Origin: an uncultured Gammaproteobacteria bacterium
Lineage (GTDB): Bacteria > Patescibacteriota > Microgenomatia > Daviesbacterales > UBA10151
Length of the DNA stretch: 64,000 nt
Assembly (NCBI GenBank): GCA_964547465.1
Contig: CAZJNI010000006.1
Coordinates: 2,505-66,504, forward strand
Direction: 5' to 3'
Every line of letters starts with the position of its first letter. The first letter of the stretch is position 1. Below, piece after piece: positions 1 to 9,076 of this stretch. The notes beneath the pieces are model-generated. The model searched no databases and had not been told where the DNA came from. It worked only from the letters and a program-made list of their open reading frames with translations. The position numbers and the translations under genes were made by a program.

Positions 1-1567
1 TATAATCCGGCAGTAAATATCTGGCTTCATAATCTCCGGATTTTCCACTGCCATCAATTGTGACCTTTTGAGTAGACTGTCCCACAGTTCCTGTCGTCCT
101 CAATATATACTCACCGGCAGCGGAATTTCTCCATTTTAATTTGGTTAAAACCTGCAAAATAACCGGTTCTTTAACTTCAGTTGCAAACTCAACCGGCTTT
201 GAATCAAATTCTCTACCTTCAGAGAAAAGGTTAAACCTAATCTTAAAAACACCTCTTTGTGGAGCTTTTAGCTGAATTTGAAAAGTGTACGACTTTCCCG
301 GTTCTATTTTAACCCCACCTGATATTTCAGTAGGCTCAATTCCCAATTCCTTACCACCTTCAATTGGAATCAAAACTACTTTTTTCCCATCATTCCAAAT
401 AGATTGCCCATTATTTTTAAATTCCAGGGAAATTGTATAATCCTGACCGGAGACAATAGATGAGAATATCTCCCCATGAGTTAAAATAGCCTGATTTTCC
501 TGGATAGGTTCACCTTTATTTTTTGCCATATTTTTAATAGTTTCATATTGAGGGTAATACTGCGGGGGAGTCTCACCAGGAGCCTGAATAAATAACCCTG
601 AATTTGGAGACCTTTTAAAAGAAAAATGGTCAAAAGGAACCTCCTGATAGCTTAATAAAAATGGGGTTACAGCCACTATTTTTGAGTCTATCCAGGCATC
701 CTCAAAAGCTATTTTAAAATAATTACTTACACTCTCACTATCCGGTAAAAAGGATTGAAAATTCAATCCTTCTGCGTGTTTCCAGCCTGTTTCAGTTATA
801 AAAATGGGTAGACTTTTATTTAACCCTAAATTAGTTAATTGTTGCATCTCCCAGGCATAAGTCCTGATAGTTCCTCTGCCAATTGCGTAAGGTGAACCAA
901 CAAAGCCCGGATTAGGGTAAGAATGAGAAACCCAACCATCTAATTTATTAAAAATTCCAGGAACTCCCTGGTTCATTTGTTGCAAAAAAGAGATTTCATC
1001 CACATAATTTGGTGGCTGATTTGGTGATGAGGCATCAAGCCCGGCATTCAGTACAAAAAAATCCTCACTTCTTGATTTTAAAGCAGTTATCCACTTATCC
1101 AAAGTTTGGGCATATCCCTTAGCATCCACAGCCCCACCCCATTCATGTGCCTGATTAGGCTCATTAAAAATAACCACATACCTGTTTTTAATTGGCCAAT
1201 TTAGGGAATTTAGGAAATCTGCCCAGGAGTTGGCATCATCCGGATTTGGCCTTTCCCAGGATTGTCCGGAAGTTTCTGTGGCCAGCCTGACAATCGGGAT
1301 AAGATGTCTTCTTCGAAGATCATTAAAAAACTCCTGCCACTTATCTTTATTTTTATCGTTTTGTTGGATTATTACCGTGATATAACCCCAGTCTCCGTTG
1401 GTATTTACCAAACTTGCCGCAGGGGATGATTCATCAGGGGAGCCAGTAATTATATGGATCCCAAATTTGTTGTTGGGAACAGACAGGGGATCAACTGTGG
1501 CAAATGCAGGCTTATAAAATATAAAACCAGCCAATAAAAATGATAATGAAAATTTAAGGAGAACCAT
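1..1567 (-). CDS. secreted clan GH-A-like glycoside hydrolase, partial (runs off the left edge)
   Basis: Missing from the ORF track. Manual translation from ATG at 1567 gives MVLLKFSLSFLLAGFIFYKPAFA (signal peptide), then IFNEPN (acid/base-like) and PIFITETGW (nucleophile-like). Confidence 0.7.
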   Translation of the reverse strand, partial: MVLLKFSLSFLLAGFIFYKPAFATVDPLSVPNNKFGIHIITGSPDESSPAASLVNTNGDWGYITVIIQQNDKNKDKWQEFFNDLRRRHLIPIVRLATETSGQSWERPNPDDANSWADFLNSLNWPIKNRYVVIFNEPNQAHEWGGAVDAKGYAQTLDKWITALKSRSEDFFVLNAGLDASSPNQPPNYVDEISFLQQMNQGVPGIFNKLDGWVSHSYPNPGFVGSPYAIGRGTIRTYAWEMQQLTNLGLNKSLPIFITETGWKHAEGLNFQSFLPDSESVSNYFKIAFEDAWIDSKIVAVTPFLLSYQEVPFDHFSFKRSPNSGLFIQAPGETPPQYYPQYETIKNMAKNKGEPIQENQAILTHGEIFSSIVSGQDYTISLEFKNNGQSIWNDGKKVVLIPIEGGKELGIEPTEISGGVKIEPGKSYTFQIQLKAPQRGVFKIRFNLFSEGREFDSKPVEFATEVKEPVILQVLTKLKWRNSAAGEYILRTTGTVGQSTQKVTIDGSGKSGDYEARYLLPDY

Positions 1568-1589
1568 GAAACGCTATTTTACCACTTAG

Positions 1590-2576
1590 TCAGCCAAGCT
1601 GAACCACACAAACTGACGCAAACAGGCCTGCTCCAAAACCTGCTAAAACGAGTTTATCTCCGCTGCCAATGACTCCTTCTTGCAGTGCTCTAAGCATTGC
1701 TTTCGCTATTGATGCTGATGACCAGTTCCCATCTTCAAGGTCGCTATAAATTTGCAAACCGGGTAATCTTTTTGCAAGGGCTTCAATCATATGCCTGCTT
1801 GCCTGGTGGGGAATAACCATTTTAATTTGTCGTGCTTCCAGCCCAGCTCCTTCAATGGCAGTACTGATTAAACCAGGTACCGTTTCCCTGACCCCTTCAT
1901 AAACTGCCTTCCCATCCATCCAGAAATGTCCATTTTCCGAAGATGGGATATCCACGGTTAGGGCAGGGTAACGCACTAGACCATAATTTACAGGCATGCG
2001 GAGGCATACGGATCTTTCTTTCGGAAAACTATAATTTAAAGCATTCAGGATTTTCATATCTTGCCCTTCCGTAAATGACATTACCAGCGCCCCATCGGAG
2101 AAAATTGTCTGGGCTAAACTCGGATCGGCATCATCTGATCTTAAGTCCGTTAGTGTGGGTGAATATTTTTCGCTTGCGACCATTAAAATTTTTTTACCGG
2201 AAAAGCGATCCTTATTTTCCCAAATATGGTTCAGTCCAACAGTAAACCCCGAACATGCTGTATGGACATTCATACATCCGTCTGCCGTAAACTTAAGGCT
2301 TTTAACTACTTCATAGGCATTATTTACACCGTCAGGGTAACTGGTGGAAAAAAATACTACATCTGGTTGTGGCGAGGATTTTAGAGATTGTACGGCCTGA
2401 ATCCCCATGTCTAAAACAGTTTCGTCTGCTCTTGCCAGATATCTTCTTTCAACACCCACTTTATCATATATAGCTTGAGCAGTTAAAGGTTTTCTACCGT
2501 TATTTGGTTGCCAAGAGGCAATCTCTTCGTTTTCTAAAACTTGTTTTGGAAAATATGTGGCAATCTCCAAAGCCAT
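1590..2576 (-). CDS. fabH: 3-oxoacyl-ACP synthase III (KAS III/FabH-like, thiolase fold)
   Basis: Cys-His-Asn triad motifs ACSGF, IPHQAS and GNWSSAS; also MDGKAVY and C-terminal GFGAG. Confidence 0.85.
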   Translation of the reverse strand: MALEIATYFPKQVLENEEIASWQPNNGRKPLTAQAIYDKVGVERRYLARADETVLDMGIQAVQSLKSSPQPDVVFFSTSYPDGVNNAYEVVKSLKFTADGCMNVHTACSGFTVGLNHIWENKDRFSGKKILMVASEKYSPTLTDLRSDDADPSLAQTIFSDGALVMSFTEGQDMKILNALNYSFPKERSVCLRMPVNYGLVRYPALTVDIPSSENGHFWMDGKAVYEGVRETVPGLISTAIEGAGLEARQIKMVIPHQASRHMIEALAKRLPGLQIYSDLEDGNWSSASIAKAMLRALQEGVIGSGDKLVLAGFGAGLFASVCVVQLG

Positions 2577-2693
2577 AATATTGGCTTATTATACAGCAAA
2601 AATAATGAATCAATTTGGGGAACATTTTAGATGAGTCATATCGTTGGGTTTACATTTAGGACTTTTTTTGCTAGAATAGCCCATAATCTTAAA

Positions 2694-3521
2694 ATGAGCG
2701 TAGAATTTGTTGGTGATCCTTATAACTTGAAAACTTTAATTCCTCGAATGGAAGATCTTGGATATCAATTCCATTATACTCCTGAAACTCCGACTACTAT
2801 GATATTGGCAGAAAAATATGTTAGAACAGGAAATGATGAGCCAGCTGTGTTTTTAGCCGATCACCAGACCCAAGGTAGAGGGAGGGAGGGGAGAGTTTGG
2901 TTAGATAAGCCGGGAGCATCATTGTTAACAACAGCAGTTCTCGGAATAAAAGATAATACAATTTCCATTTTTGCAGATATGGTTGCTTTACATGTTGTCA
3001 GTATCTTAAGAAGCGTTCCTTTAATTGATAATGTTTGTATTAAATATCCAAATGATTTAGTTATTGATGATAAAAAGGTTGGCGGGTTACTTGTAACAAA
3101 TATTTATGATGAAAGCAGAATCTATTTAGGTACAAGTGTAGGCATTGGAGTAAATATTCACTATACCCAGGAGGAATTGGCCAATTATCCCACTGATTAT
3201 GGAGCTACAGCTTTGGATTTACATACACCAAAACTAAACTCCAGGCAACTAATATTATGGTCTTTTCTAGAAAATCTTAGATTCTTATCCATTGATGCTG
3301 AAGTTTTTGGAACAAATTTACAAATGCAACAGGACTTAAATAATTTATGGAGAGCGCATTCTTCTATTCTAGGAAGAAAGGTACAAGTTGAAACTGATAA
3401 TGAAGTAGTCGTACAAGGGGCGGTAGTTGACACCCAGATAGGGAGGGGAATATCTTTAGGTGGAAAAACACAATGGTTTAATCAGTTTAATACTAAAATG
3501 AAAGTGAGGGTTTTAGATTAA
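2694..3521 (+). CDS. birA: biotin--protein ligase, no N-terminal HTH
   Basis: QTQGRGREGRVW, KYPND, KVGG and GIGVN motifs. Start at 2694 preferred; the track gives 2631. Confidence 0.9.
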   Translation: MSVEFVGDPYNLKTLIPRMEDLGYQFHYTPETPTTMILAEKYVRTGNDEPAVFLADHQTQGRGREGRVWLDKPGASLLTTAVLGIKDNTISIFADMVALHVVSILRSVPLIDNVCIKYPNDLVIDDKKVGGLLVTNIYDESRIYLGTSVGIGVNIHYTQEELANYPTDYGATALDLHTPKLNSRQLILWSFLENLRFLSIDAEVFGTNLQMQQDLNNLWRAHSSILGRKVQVETDNEVVVQGAVVDTQIGRGISLGGKTQWFNQFNTKMKVRVLD

Positions 3522-4072
3522 TGACAAGCTCAGAAGGAGATAGAGTTACCAGAGAGGAAATGTATCCATCCGCCGGAAAACCTACTCAACCTCTTAAGGC
3601 ACTTATCCCAACCTTTGGAGAAATAATAATTACTGGATTGACAGAAGGCTTAGAATCCGGGCAGCTTGCTTCTGCTACACTTCGGCTTACCCACCAGGGA
3701 GAAAACCCTCAAGTTTTTGAAGCAATTATCAAGGGCAAAAATGTTACGGGTAATAATTTGGAGATTGAATTAACAGGAGATTGGCAAACTTCAATAGAAT
3801 TACCAAAAGGACTTCCGTTAATTGCTGACTATGAAGGAAAGTTTTATAGAAAAATTAAGCCGGAAGATAACCTGCCTATTGCTGAAGAAGGTACTGTTTT
3901 GGAACCAAACGGAGCATATGCTTTTGCTATGCAAGGTAAAGATAGACGTTGGTTTCTTAAATTACCACCCGCAGATTTTCCTAGAGGCGGAAAAATCAGT
4001 AGATTTGTACAACCGGATGGAATAGATGTTATCAAAGGTGAATCTATACTTTTATATGTGGAGCCAATTTAA
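3521..4072 (+). CDS. accB: divergent biotin carboxyl carrier protein-like
   Basis: C-terminal ~85 aa align by eye with BCCP (GKFYR..P...P....G...; MQGK in place of EAMK; GKI....DG..V..GE.ILLY). Coupled to birA by TAATG. Confidence 0.6.
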   Translation: MTSSEGDRVTREEMYPSAGKPTQPLKALIPTFGEIIITGLTEGLESGQLASATLRLTHQGENPQVFEAIIKGKNVTGNNLEIELTGDWQTSIELPKGLPLIADYEGKFYRKIKPEDNLPIAEEGTVLEPNGAYAFAMQGKDRRWFLKLPPADFPRGGKISRFVQPDGIDVIKGESILLYVEPI

Positions 4073-4077
4073 ATAAT

Positions 4078-7000
4078 ATGGGAGAAAAATTAGCTACCGC
4101 AGAACATATTAAACCAATCCGAAAAATGTTTATTGCCCAAAGAGGGGAAATTGCTTTTAGGGCTGCTAGAGCGTGTGCTAAAAAAGGTGTTCCTGCGGTA
4201 ATTCCTTATACTTTTTCCGATTCAAACCCCTTGGCTTCTGAACTTGCTGAAAAGCTTAAAGATAGTGGTTGGGAGCTAGCAGCTTTGGGTGGCACCAGCG
4301 CGAACGAAAACTTTACTAATCCTAGAAACCTGATTCAAACAATGAAGCTTCACGATTGCGATGCAGTCTTTTTAGGTTATGGATTCTTATCTGAAGATTC
4401 TGATTTTGTCAGGATGTGTGAGGAGGAAGGAATAAGGGTACTTGCCCCACCTTCTTCGGTGATGGAAAAAACAGGAAATAAAATAAGTGCCAGGGAAATC
4501 GCTAAAAGAGTTAAAATAGGTTTAAGGTCTTCAATTCCTGTTTTGGAGGGAAGTGAAAATTTACCTAATTTTGAACAAGCACATAGAGCGGCTGACAGAT
4601 TAGGTTATCCTGTTATGCTTAAGGATCCGGATTTAGGTGGAGGCAAGGGGAATATTGTAGCCAGGAATGACAAAGAGTTAGAATCTGCCTACACAAGATT
4701 AAAAAGTAGAAGGGAAAACAAGGAAGTCTTCCTGGAAAGGTATGTTGAGCATGCTGTTCATGTAGAAGTTCAAATTGCGGCTGATAAATATGGAAATATT
4801 GTTTCTCTGGGAGAAAGAGATTGTACCTTGCAAAGAAAATCTCAAAAAGTAATTGAGGAATCTCCGTCACCACATATATCAAATAGAACTAGACAAATTT
4901 TACAATTGGCAGCAACCAGATTTGCTAAAACTGTAGGTTATCAGGGAGTTGGTACTTGGGAGTTTTTGGTAGATTTGGATAGAAAGGGTAGAAACGGTGA
5001 TCCCGCCTGGTATTTTATGGAAATAAATCCAAGAATTCAGGTTGAGCACCCGGTAACAGAAGAACAGACAAGAATTGATATTGTGGATTTAATGATTGAT
5101 ATTGCGGAAGGAAAATCACTTCCCTTTGCTCAAAAAGATATTATTCCACAAGGCCATACAATTGAAGCAAGAGTATATGCAGAAAATCCTAATAGGGGAT
5201 TTACGGAGAGCTTTGGAACCTTAAGTGTTTTAAGCAATCCTGAAGTAGAGGGGGTTAGAATTGAGCCTGCTTTAAGAGAAGGGGATACTCTTTCTTTTTC
5301 GTATGACACTACTCTTTTTAAAGCTATAGCTCATGGTTCTGATAGGGAAACAGCCAGACAAAAATTAGTCAGGCTTCTTTCTGGAAGTGAAATTGTTGGA
5401 GTTTCATCCAATTTACATTTCCTGATCGAACTACTTGCAACTTCCCAGTTTCAAGAAGGAAAAGTAACTACAAGTTTTGTAGAAGACTGGTGGAAAAAAA
5501 GATTAAGAGATAGGGTACACTCAATTGAAGAATTTATAAATGGTGGCACTTTTACAGAATATCCTTTTTCGCAGGAGTATAATCCCGCCTTGTTACCCCA
5601 AACCTCAACCGTTATAAAAAGAGAGGACGGCTCAAAAATAACTTATGCAGATCATTTAGAAAGATTAAGAAGAGAGAAAGGGACAACCTGTGCAGCTAAA
5701 TACGGAATCCAGGAAAGAGATGGAGTCAGATGGGTATTATATACTCTTGACTATAGTATTAATGCGGGTACATTAGGACCTCAAGAGGGAAATATTCTTA
5801 TAGATGCATCGAAATTAGCAAATCAGGAGAATTTAGTTTTAGTAACCCTGATAAGTACAGGTGGAGTTGATAACTGGACTAATGCTTTAGGGTTGCATCA
5901 AATGGGTTTATCAGTTGCGGCTGTAACTGAAAAATACCCTCCCAGAACTCATATAAATGTCAGTCATGGGCCATTTTTTGGTGGAGTTCCAGCTTCTTTT
6001 GCAGGAATACCTGATTGGCAAATTATGGTTGATTCTGAGCAATCGTATGGAGGATTAGCAGGTATATTATTGGTTGCTCGGGGAATGGGAATTAATATAC
6101 CGGAGGGTACCAAAGCGCCTGAGATTTATGAAATATTGACTAAAATGGATGAGAGAAATAAGGCACTTCATACTCCAATTTCCCATTACCAGGCAGGTAA
6201 TGTTGATACCTTAGTCAGTAGTTTGGGAGAAGCATCCAATAGAGTAACCCATTTAATACATAATCTTCATCATAAGGAAGCAATTACCGATCCAAATCGT
6301 GTTTATCAGCCAAATGAACAGATTGCTTTCCTGCAAGGCTCTTCAGAGGCTATAAGGCCTGATAGATCCGGCAGTCATTTTCCTGTCTGGTTTAGTCCTG
6401 TTTCCAGAGTTAGAGAGCAACTTTTGAAGATATCTACCCACTCAGGAAGAGAAGAAGTAAGAGAGCTAACGAATTATGAGAGATGGAAAATAATACATGA
6501 GGTTGATAGACCAACCGCGGCCGATTTATTAGACACCAGATTTGGAATGTTTGATGACAGCACTTTACTAAACGGTCCTATTCTTCATATTGGTAATGAT
6601 GAGTGGTATCCTTCAATAATAGGTGCAGTTTGTAGAATTGAGGATTTGCGTTTGTTAGTGGTAGCCCAGCAAACATCAAGAACTATTGACGAAGTAACTA
6701 AAAAGTTAGGAAAAAAATATGTCGCACAAAAACCTGAGGATTGGGAATCTTTAGAAGATTTCGTATTTGGAATAGGTCTAAAAAACAGATTACCTGTGCT
6801 TTTTATAGGAGATACAGAAGGAGCTAGTGCAGATCCTGATGCAGAGATTAGGGGTCAAATGAGGAAAATAGCCCGTACCCAAAAAATAACCAATAGCTAC
6901 CCTTTCCCCACAGCCGCACTGCTATTGGGATTTGGAGGAAGCGGGGGAGTTGAAACTATATTTAGACCTATGGATGGTGTAGCTGTTGCTGAAAATTCTT

Positions 7001-7326
7001 TATTATTCGTAGCTGATCCCAGACCTAAAAGTTGGATACAGGGGGGACATTGGTTAGATGATACAACAGAAGAGTTTAAAAATTTTATTAACGGCGAAGA
7101 AACAGCAAGGGCTGAAACTTTGGTACAAATGGGGTTAGCTGACTATATAATTAAAGAAGGTCTTGGTGGAGCACATAGAAATTCCAGATTATTCGCCAGG
7201 AATGCCAGAGATTGGGCTTATTCTACTTTTTCACCTCTTTTACCTTTATCTAAAGGTGAACTCACAAATAGAAGATGGGAAAGAAATTTAGCACCTAATC
7301 TTAAATTTAGTACACCTGTATCTTAA
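4078..7326 (+). CDS. fused biotin carboxylase + carboxyltransferase beta + alpha (acyl-CoA carboxylase)
   Basis: BC motifs GYGFLSE, GGGKG, RDCTLQR, EINPRIQVEHPVTE, EARVYAE; CT-beta-like GTLG, STGG, GGVPASFA; CT-alpha-like RPTAAD, DTEGA, GGSGG. Confidence 0.85.
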   Translation: MGEKLATAEHIKPIRKMFIAQRGEIAFRAARACAKKGVPAVIPYTFSDSNPLASELAEKLKDSGWELAALGGTSANENFTNPRNLIQTMKLHDCDAVFLGYGFLSEDSDFVRMCEEEGIRVLAPPSSVMEKTGNKISAREIAKRVKIGLRSSIPVLEGSENLPNFEQAHRAADRLGYPVMLKDPDLGGGKGNIVARNDKELESAYTRLKSRRENKEVFLERYVEHAVHVEVQIAADKYGNIVSLGERDCTLQRKSQKVIEESPSPHISNRTRQILQLAATRFAKTVGYQGVGTWEFLVDLDRKGRNGDPAWYFMEINPRIQVEHPVTEEQTRIDIVDLMIDIAEGKSLPFAQKDIIPQGHTIEARVYAENPNRGFTESFGTLSVLSNPEVEGVRIEPALREGDTLSFSYDTTLFKAIAHGSDRETARQKLVRLLSGSEIVGVSSNLHFLIELLATSQFQEGKVTTSFVEDWWKKRLRDRVHSIEEFINGGTFTEYPFSQEYNPALLPQTSTVIKREDGSKITYADHLERLRREKGTTCAAKYGIQERDGVRWVLYTLDYSINAGTLGPQEGNILIDASKLANQENLVLVTLISTGGVDNWTNALGLHQMGLSVAAVTEKYPPRTHINVSHGPFFGGVPASFAGIPDWQIMVDSEQSYGGLAGILLVARGMGINIPEGTKAPEIYEILTKMDERNKALHTPISHYQAGNVDTLVSSLGEASNRVTHLIHNLHHKEAITDPNRVYQPNEQIAFLQGSSEAIRPDRSGSHFPVWFSPVSRVREQLLKISTHSGREEVRELTNYERWKIIHEVDRPTAADLLDTRFGMFDDSTLLNGPILHIGNDEWYPSIIGAVCRIEDLRLLVVAQQTSRTIDEVTKKLGKKYVAQKPEDWESLEDFVFGIGLKNRLPVLFIGDTEGASADPDAEIRGQMRKIARTQKITNSYPFPTAALLLGFGGSGGVETIFRPMDGVAVAENSLLFVADPRPKSWIQGGHWLDDTTEEFKNFINGEETARAETLVQMGLADYIIKEGLGGAHRNSRLFARNARDWAYSTFSPLLPLSKGELTNRRWERNLAPNLKFSTPVS

Positions 7327-7342
7327 ATTCTCCCTATTGCTT

Positions 7343-7358
7343 TTCGGATTTCCTTCGG
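7343..7358 (+). promoter_or_regulatory. TTCGG-N6-TTCGG direct repeat, candidate LexA operator of the dinB operon
   Basis: ttcggatttccttcgg lies between a -35-like ttgctt and a -10-like hexamer upstream of the small ORF and dinB. Confidence 0.55.
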
Positions 7359-7370
7359 ATATTGTAGAGT

Positions 7371-7427
7371 GTGTCATGGGTCACGGGTCAAGAAAAGCGT
7401 GATACATGATACTTGATACATGATACA
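7371..7427. repeat. heptamer repeat with inverted arms
   Basis: gtgtcat/gggtcac/gggtcaa followed by (N)tgatac x4; overlaps the ATG at 7420. Confidence 0.7.
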
Positions 7428-7665
7428 GATTTCCGAGCCAATAAATGTCTGGGTGTTTTTTAAGGGAAATTCAATTCAGCCCTGGTGTTTTTTCTGGCAT
7501 TCCAGGCAAATTAAGGTAGACAAAATAAATTTAGTTCACACCTCAAAAGACGGATCCAGTGTTTTTTATCATTTTTCTATCTCTTCAGGCGGGAATTTTT
7601 ACAGATTAAAATTTGATATTGGGAAATTAACATGGATGCTGGAAGCGGTAGAAGAAGAACAATAA
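7420..7665 (+). CDS. small beta-rich protein upstream of dinB (possible TLS accessory)
   Basis: 81-aa ORF with an aromatic-rich pattern (FFW...YHFSI...YRLKFD...W), co-oriented with dinB. Confidence 0.65.
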   Translation: MIQISEPINVWVFFKGNSIQPWCFFWHSRQIKVDKINLVHTSKDGSSVFYHFSISSGGNFYRLKFDIGKLTWMLEAVEEEQ

Positions 7666-7750
7666 ATATCTACTTATTTCCATGTATTTCTACTGTATAT
7701 CTGGCAGGATATTCATAGAAATACGATAGATATACATAGAAACTCATCGT

Positions 7751-9040
7751 ATGAACAAAGTAATACTACATATTGATTTTAATAGCTACTTTGCAACAGT
7801 GGAACAGCAGGCTAATCCCAGGCTTCGGGGTAAACCTGTTGGGGTAACTGGAGGAGATCGTATGAAGCGTACAGTTTTGGGTGCAGCATCAGTTGAAGCT
7901 AAAAAGTTTGGAGTTAAAACAGGCATGCAGATTTGGCAGGCAAAACAGCTTTGTCCTGAAATCATTTTAGTTACTGGGGATTCTGATAAGTATTTAGAGA
8001 CTACCAAGCGTTTTTTGGCTATTTTAAACGGTTACAGCCCATATTTGGAGGTGTTTAGTATAGATGAGGTATTTTTAGAATTACCTCCCCCTGTCATTGC
8101 GAAGCCACGAAGTGGCTGTGGCAATCTTGATTCTTTTAAGAAAGATTCCCACGTCGCTTCGCTCCTCGGAATGACAAAAGAAATTGCCCAAGAGATTAAA
8201 TCCCGTATTAAAGCTGAAATAGGTGAGTGGATTACTTGTTCCATTGGAATTTCTTATAACAAATTAATGGCAAAGTTAGCCGGATCTTTGTACAAACCGG
8301 ATGGATTAGTGATTATTGCAGATGAACAGGCTGCACAGTTTATTTTGGACAGAGTGGGGTTGGATGAAATTTGCGGGATTGGTTCTAGAATTAAAAAAAG
8401 GCTTAATAATATGGGTATTTTTAACTTTTCCCAATTGAGGCAAGTACCCCTCCCGGCTTTACTGGCTTCCTTTAAATCTTATGGCCAAACTCTATATAAC
8501 ATGAGCCGGGGGATAGATAATTCAGAAGTAATACCGTTTTATGAAAAAGAAGAAGTTAAATCAGTTGGCCACAGGCACACTATTGACCATGATACTGCTG
8601 ATCCTGTGGAGATTAAACAGATTCTACTTAAATTAACAGAACTTGTGGCAAGAAGACTGCGGGTCAAAAATTTAGTGGGTAAAACAGTCTCTGTTTGGTT
8701 TAGGTATGCTGACTTTGAAGGTAATGGTATGCAAACAACAATTTCTCCCACCCAGGATGGGCTGGAAATATTTAAAGCTGCCTGGGGAATTTTTCAAAAG
8801 ATATGGGATAGAGGGGAAATAAGGATGATAGGGGTGTCTATTTCTAATTTAGCTTCACAAACTCCGCAAAACTTGTCTTTATTACCAGAATCCAAACAAC
8901 AGGAAACAATTATCCAAACCCTGGACAAAATAAATAATAAATATGGTGAATTTAGTTTGCAAAGAGGAATTTTGTTAGGTTCATCCAAAATGCGCCGGAT
9001 GCCAAATCCTTTCCTTGCAGACAGAAGATTTAAGATTTAA
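7751..9040 (+). CDS. dinB: Y-family DNA polymerase IV
   Basis: HIDFNSYFATVEQ, AASVEAKKFGV, SIDEVFL and NKLMAKLA motifs. Confidence 0.95.
   Translation: MNKVILHIDFNSYFATVEQQANPRLRGKPVGVTGGDRMKRTVLGAASVEAKKFGVKTGMQIWQAKQLCPEIILVTGDSDKYLETTKRFLAILNGYSPYLEVFSIDEVFLELPPPVIAKPRSGCGNLDSFKKDSHVASLLGMTKEIAQEIKSRIKAEIGEWITCSIGISYNKLMAKLAGSLYKPDGLVIIADEQAAQFILDRVGLDEICGIGSRIKKRLNNMGIFNFSQLRQVPLPALLASFKSYGQTLYNMSRGIDNSEVIPFYEKEEVKSVGHRHTIDHDTADPVEIKQILLKLTELVARRLRVKNLVGKTVSVWFRYADFEGNGMQTTISPTQDGLEIFKAAWGIFQKIWDRGEIRMIGVSISNLASQTPQNLSLLPESKQQETIIQTLDKINNKYGEFSLQRGILLGSSKMRRMPNPFLADRRFKI
8092..8176. repeat. GTCATT...AATGAC palindromic element, complete, in frame in dinB
   Basis: tgtcattgcgaag...gcaatct...agattcc...ctcggaatgaca with terminal inverted repeat and internal hairpins; encodes VIAKPRSGCGNL...DSHVASLLGMT. 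Confidence 0.85.
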
Positions 9041-9070
9041 TGTACAATTTATAATGTACAATGTACAATT
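9039..9070. repeat. heptamer tandem repeat (aatgtac)
   Basis: aatgtac aatttat aatgtac aatgtac aatt in the intergenic gap. Confidence 0.7.
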
Positions 9071-9076
9071 AAGGAA

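Noticed and set aside
8092-8176. Inteins or self-splicing introns as the explanation for the protein inserts
   Set aside because: The inserts are about 30-85 nt, far too short, and lack intein C/S...HN termini or group I/II cores.
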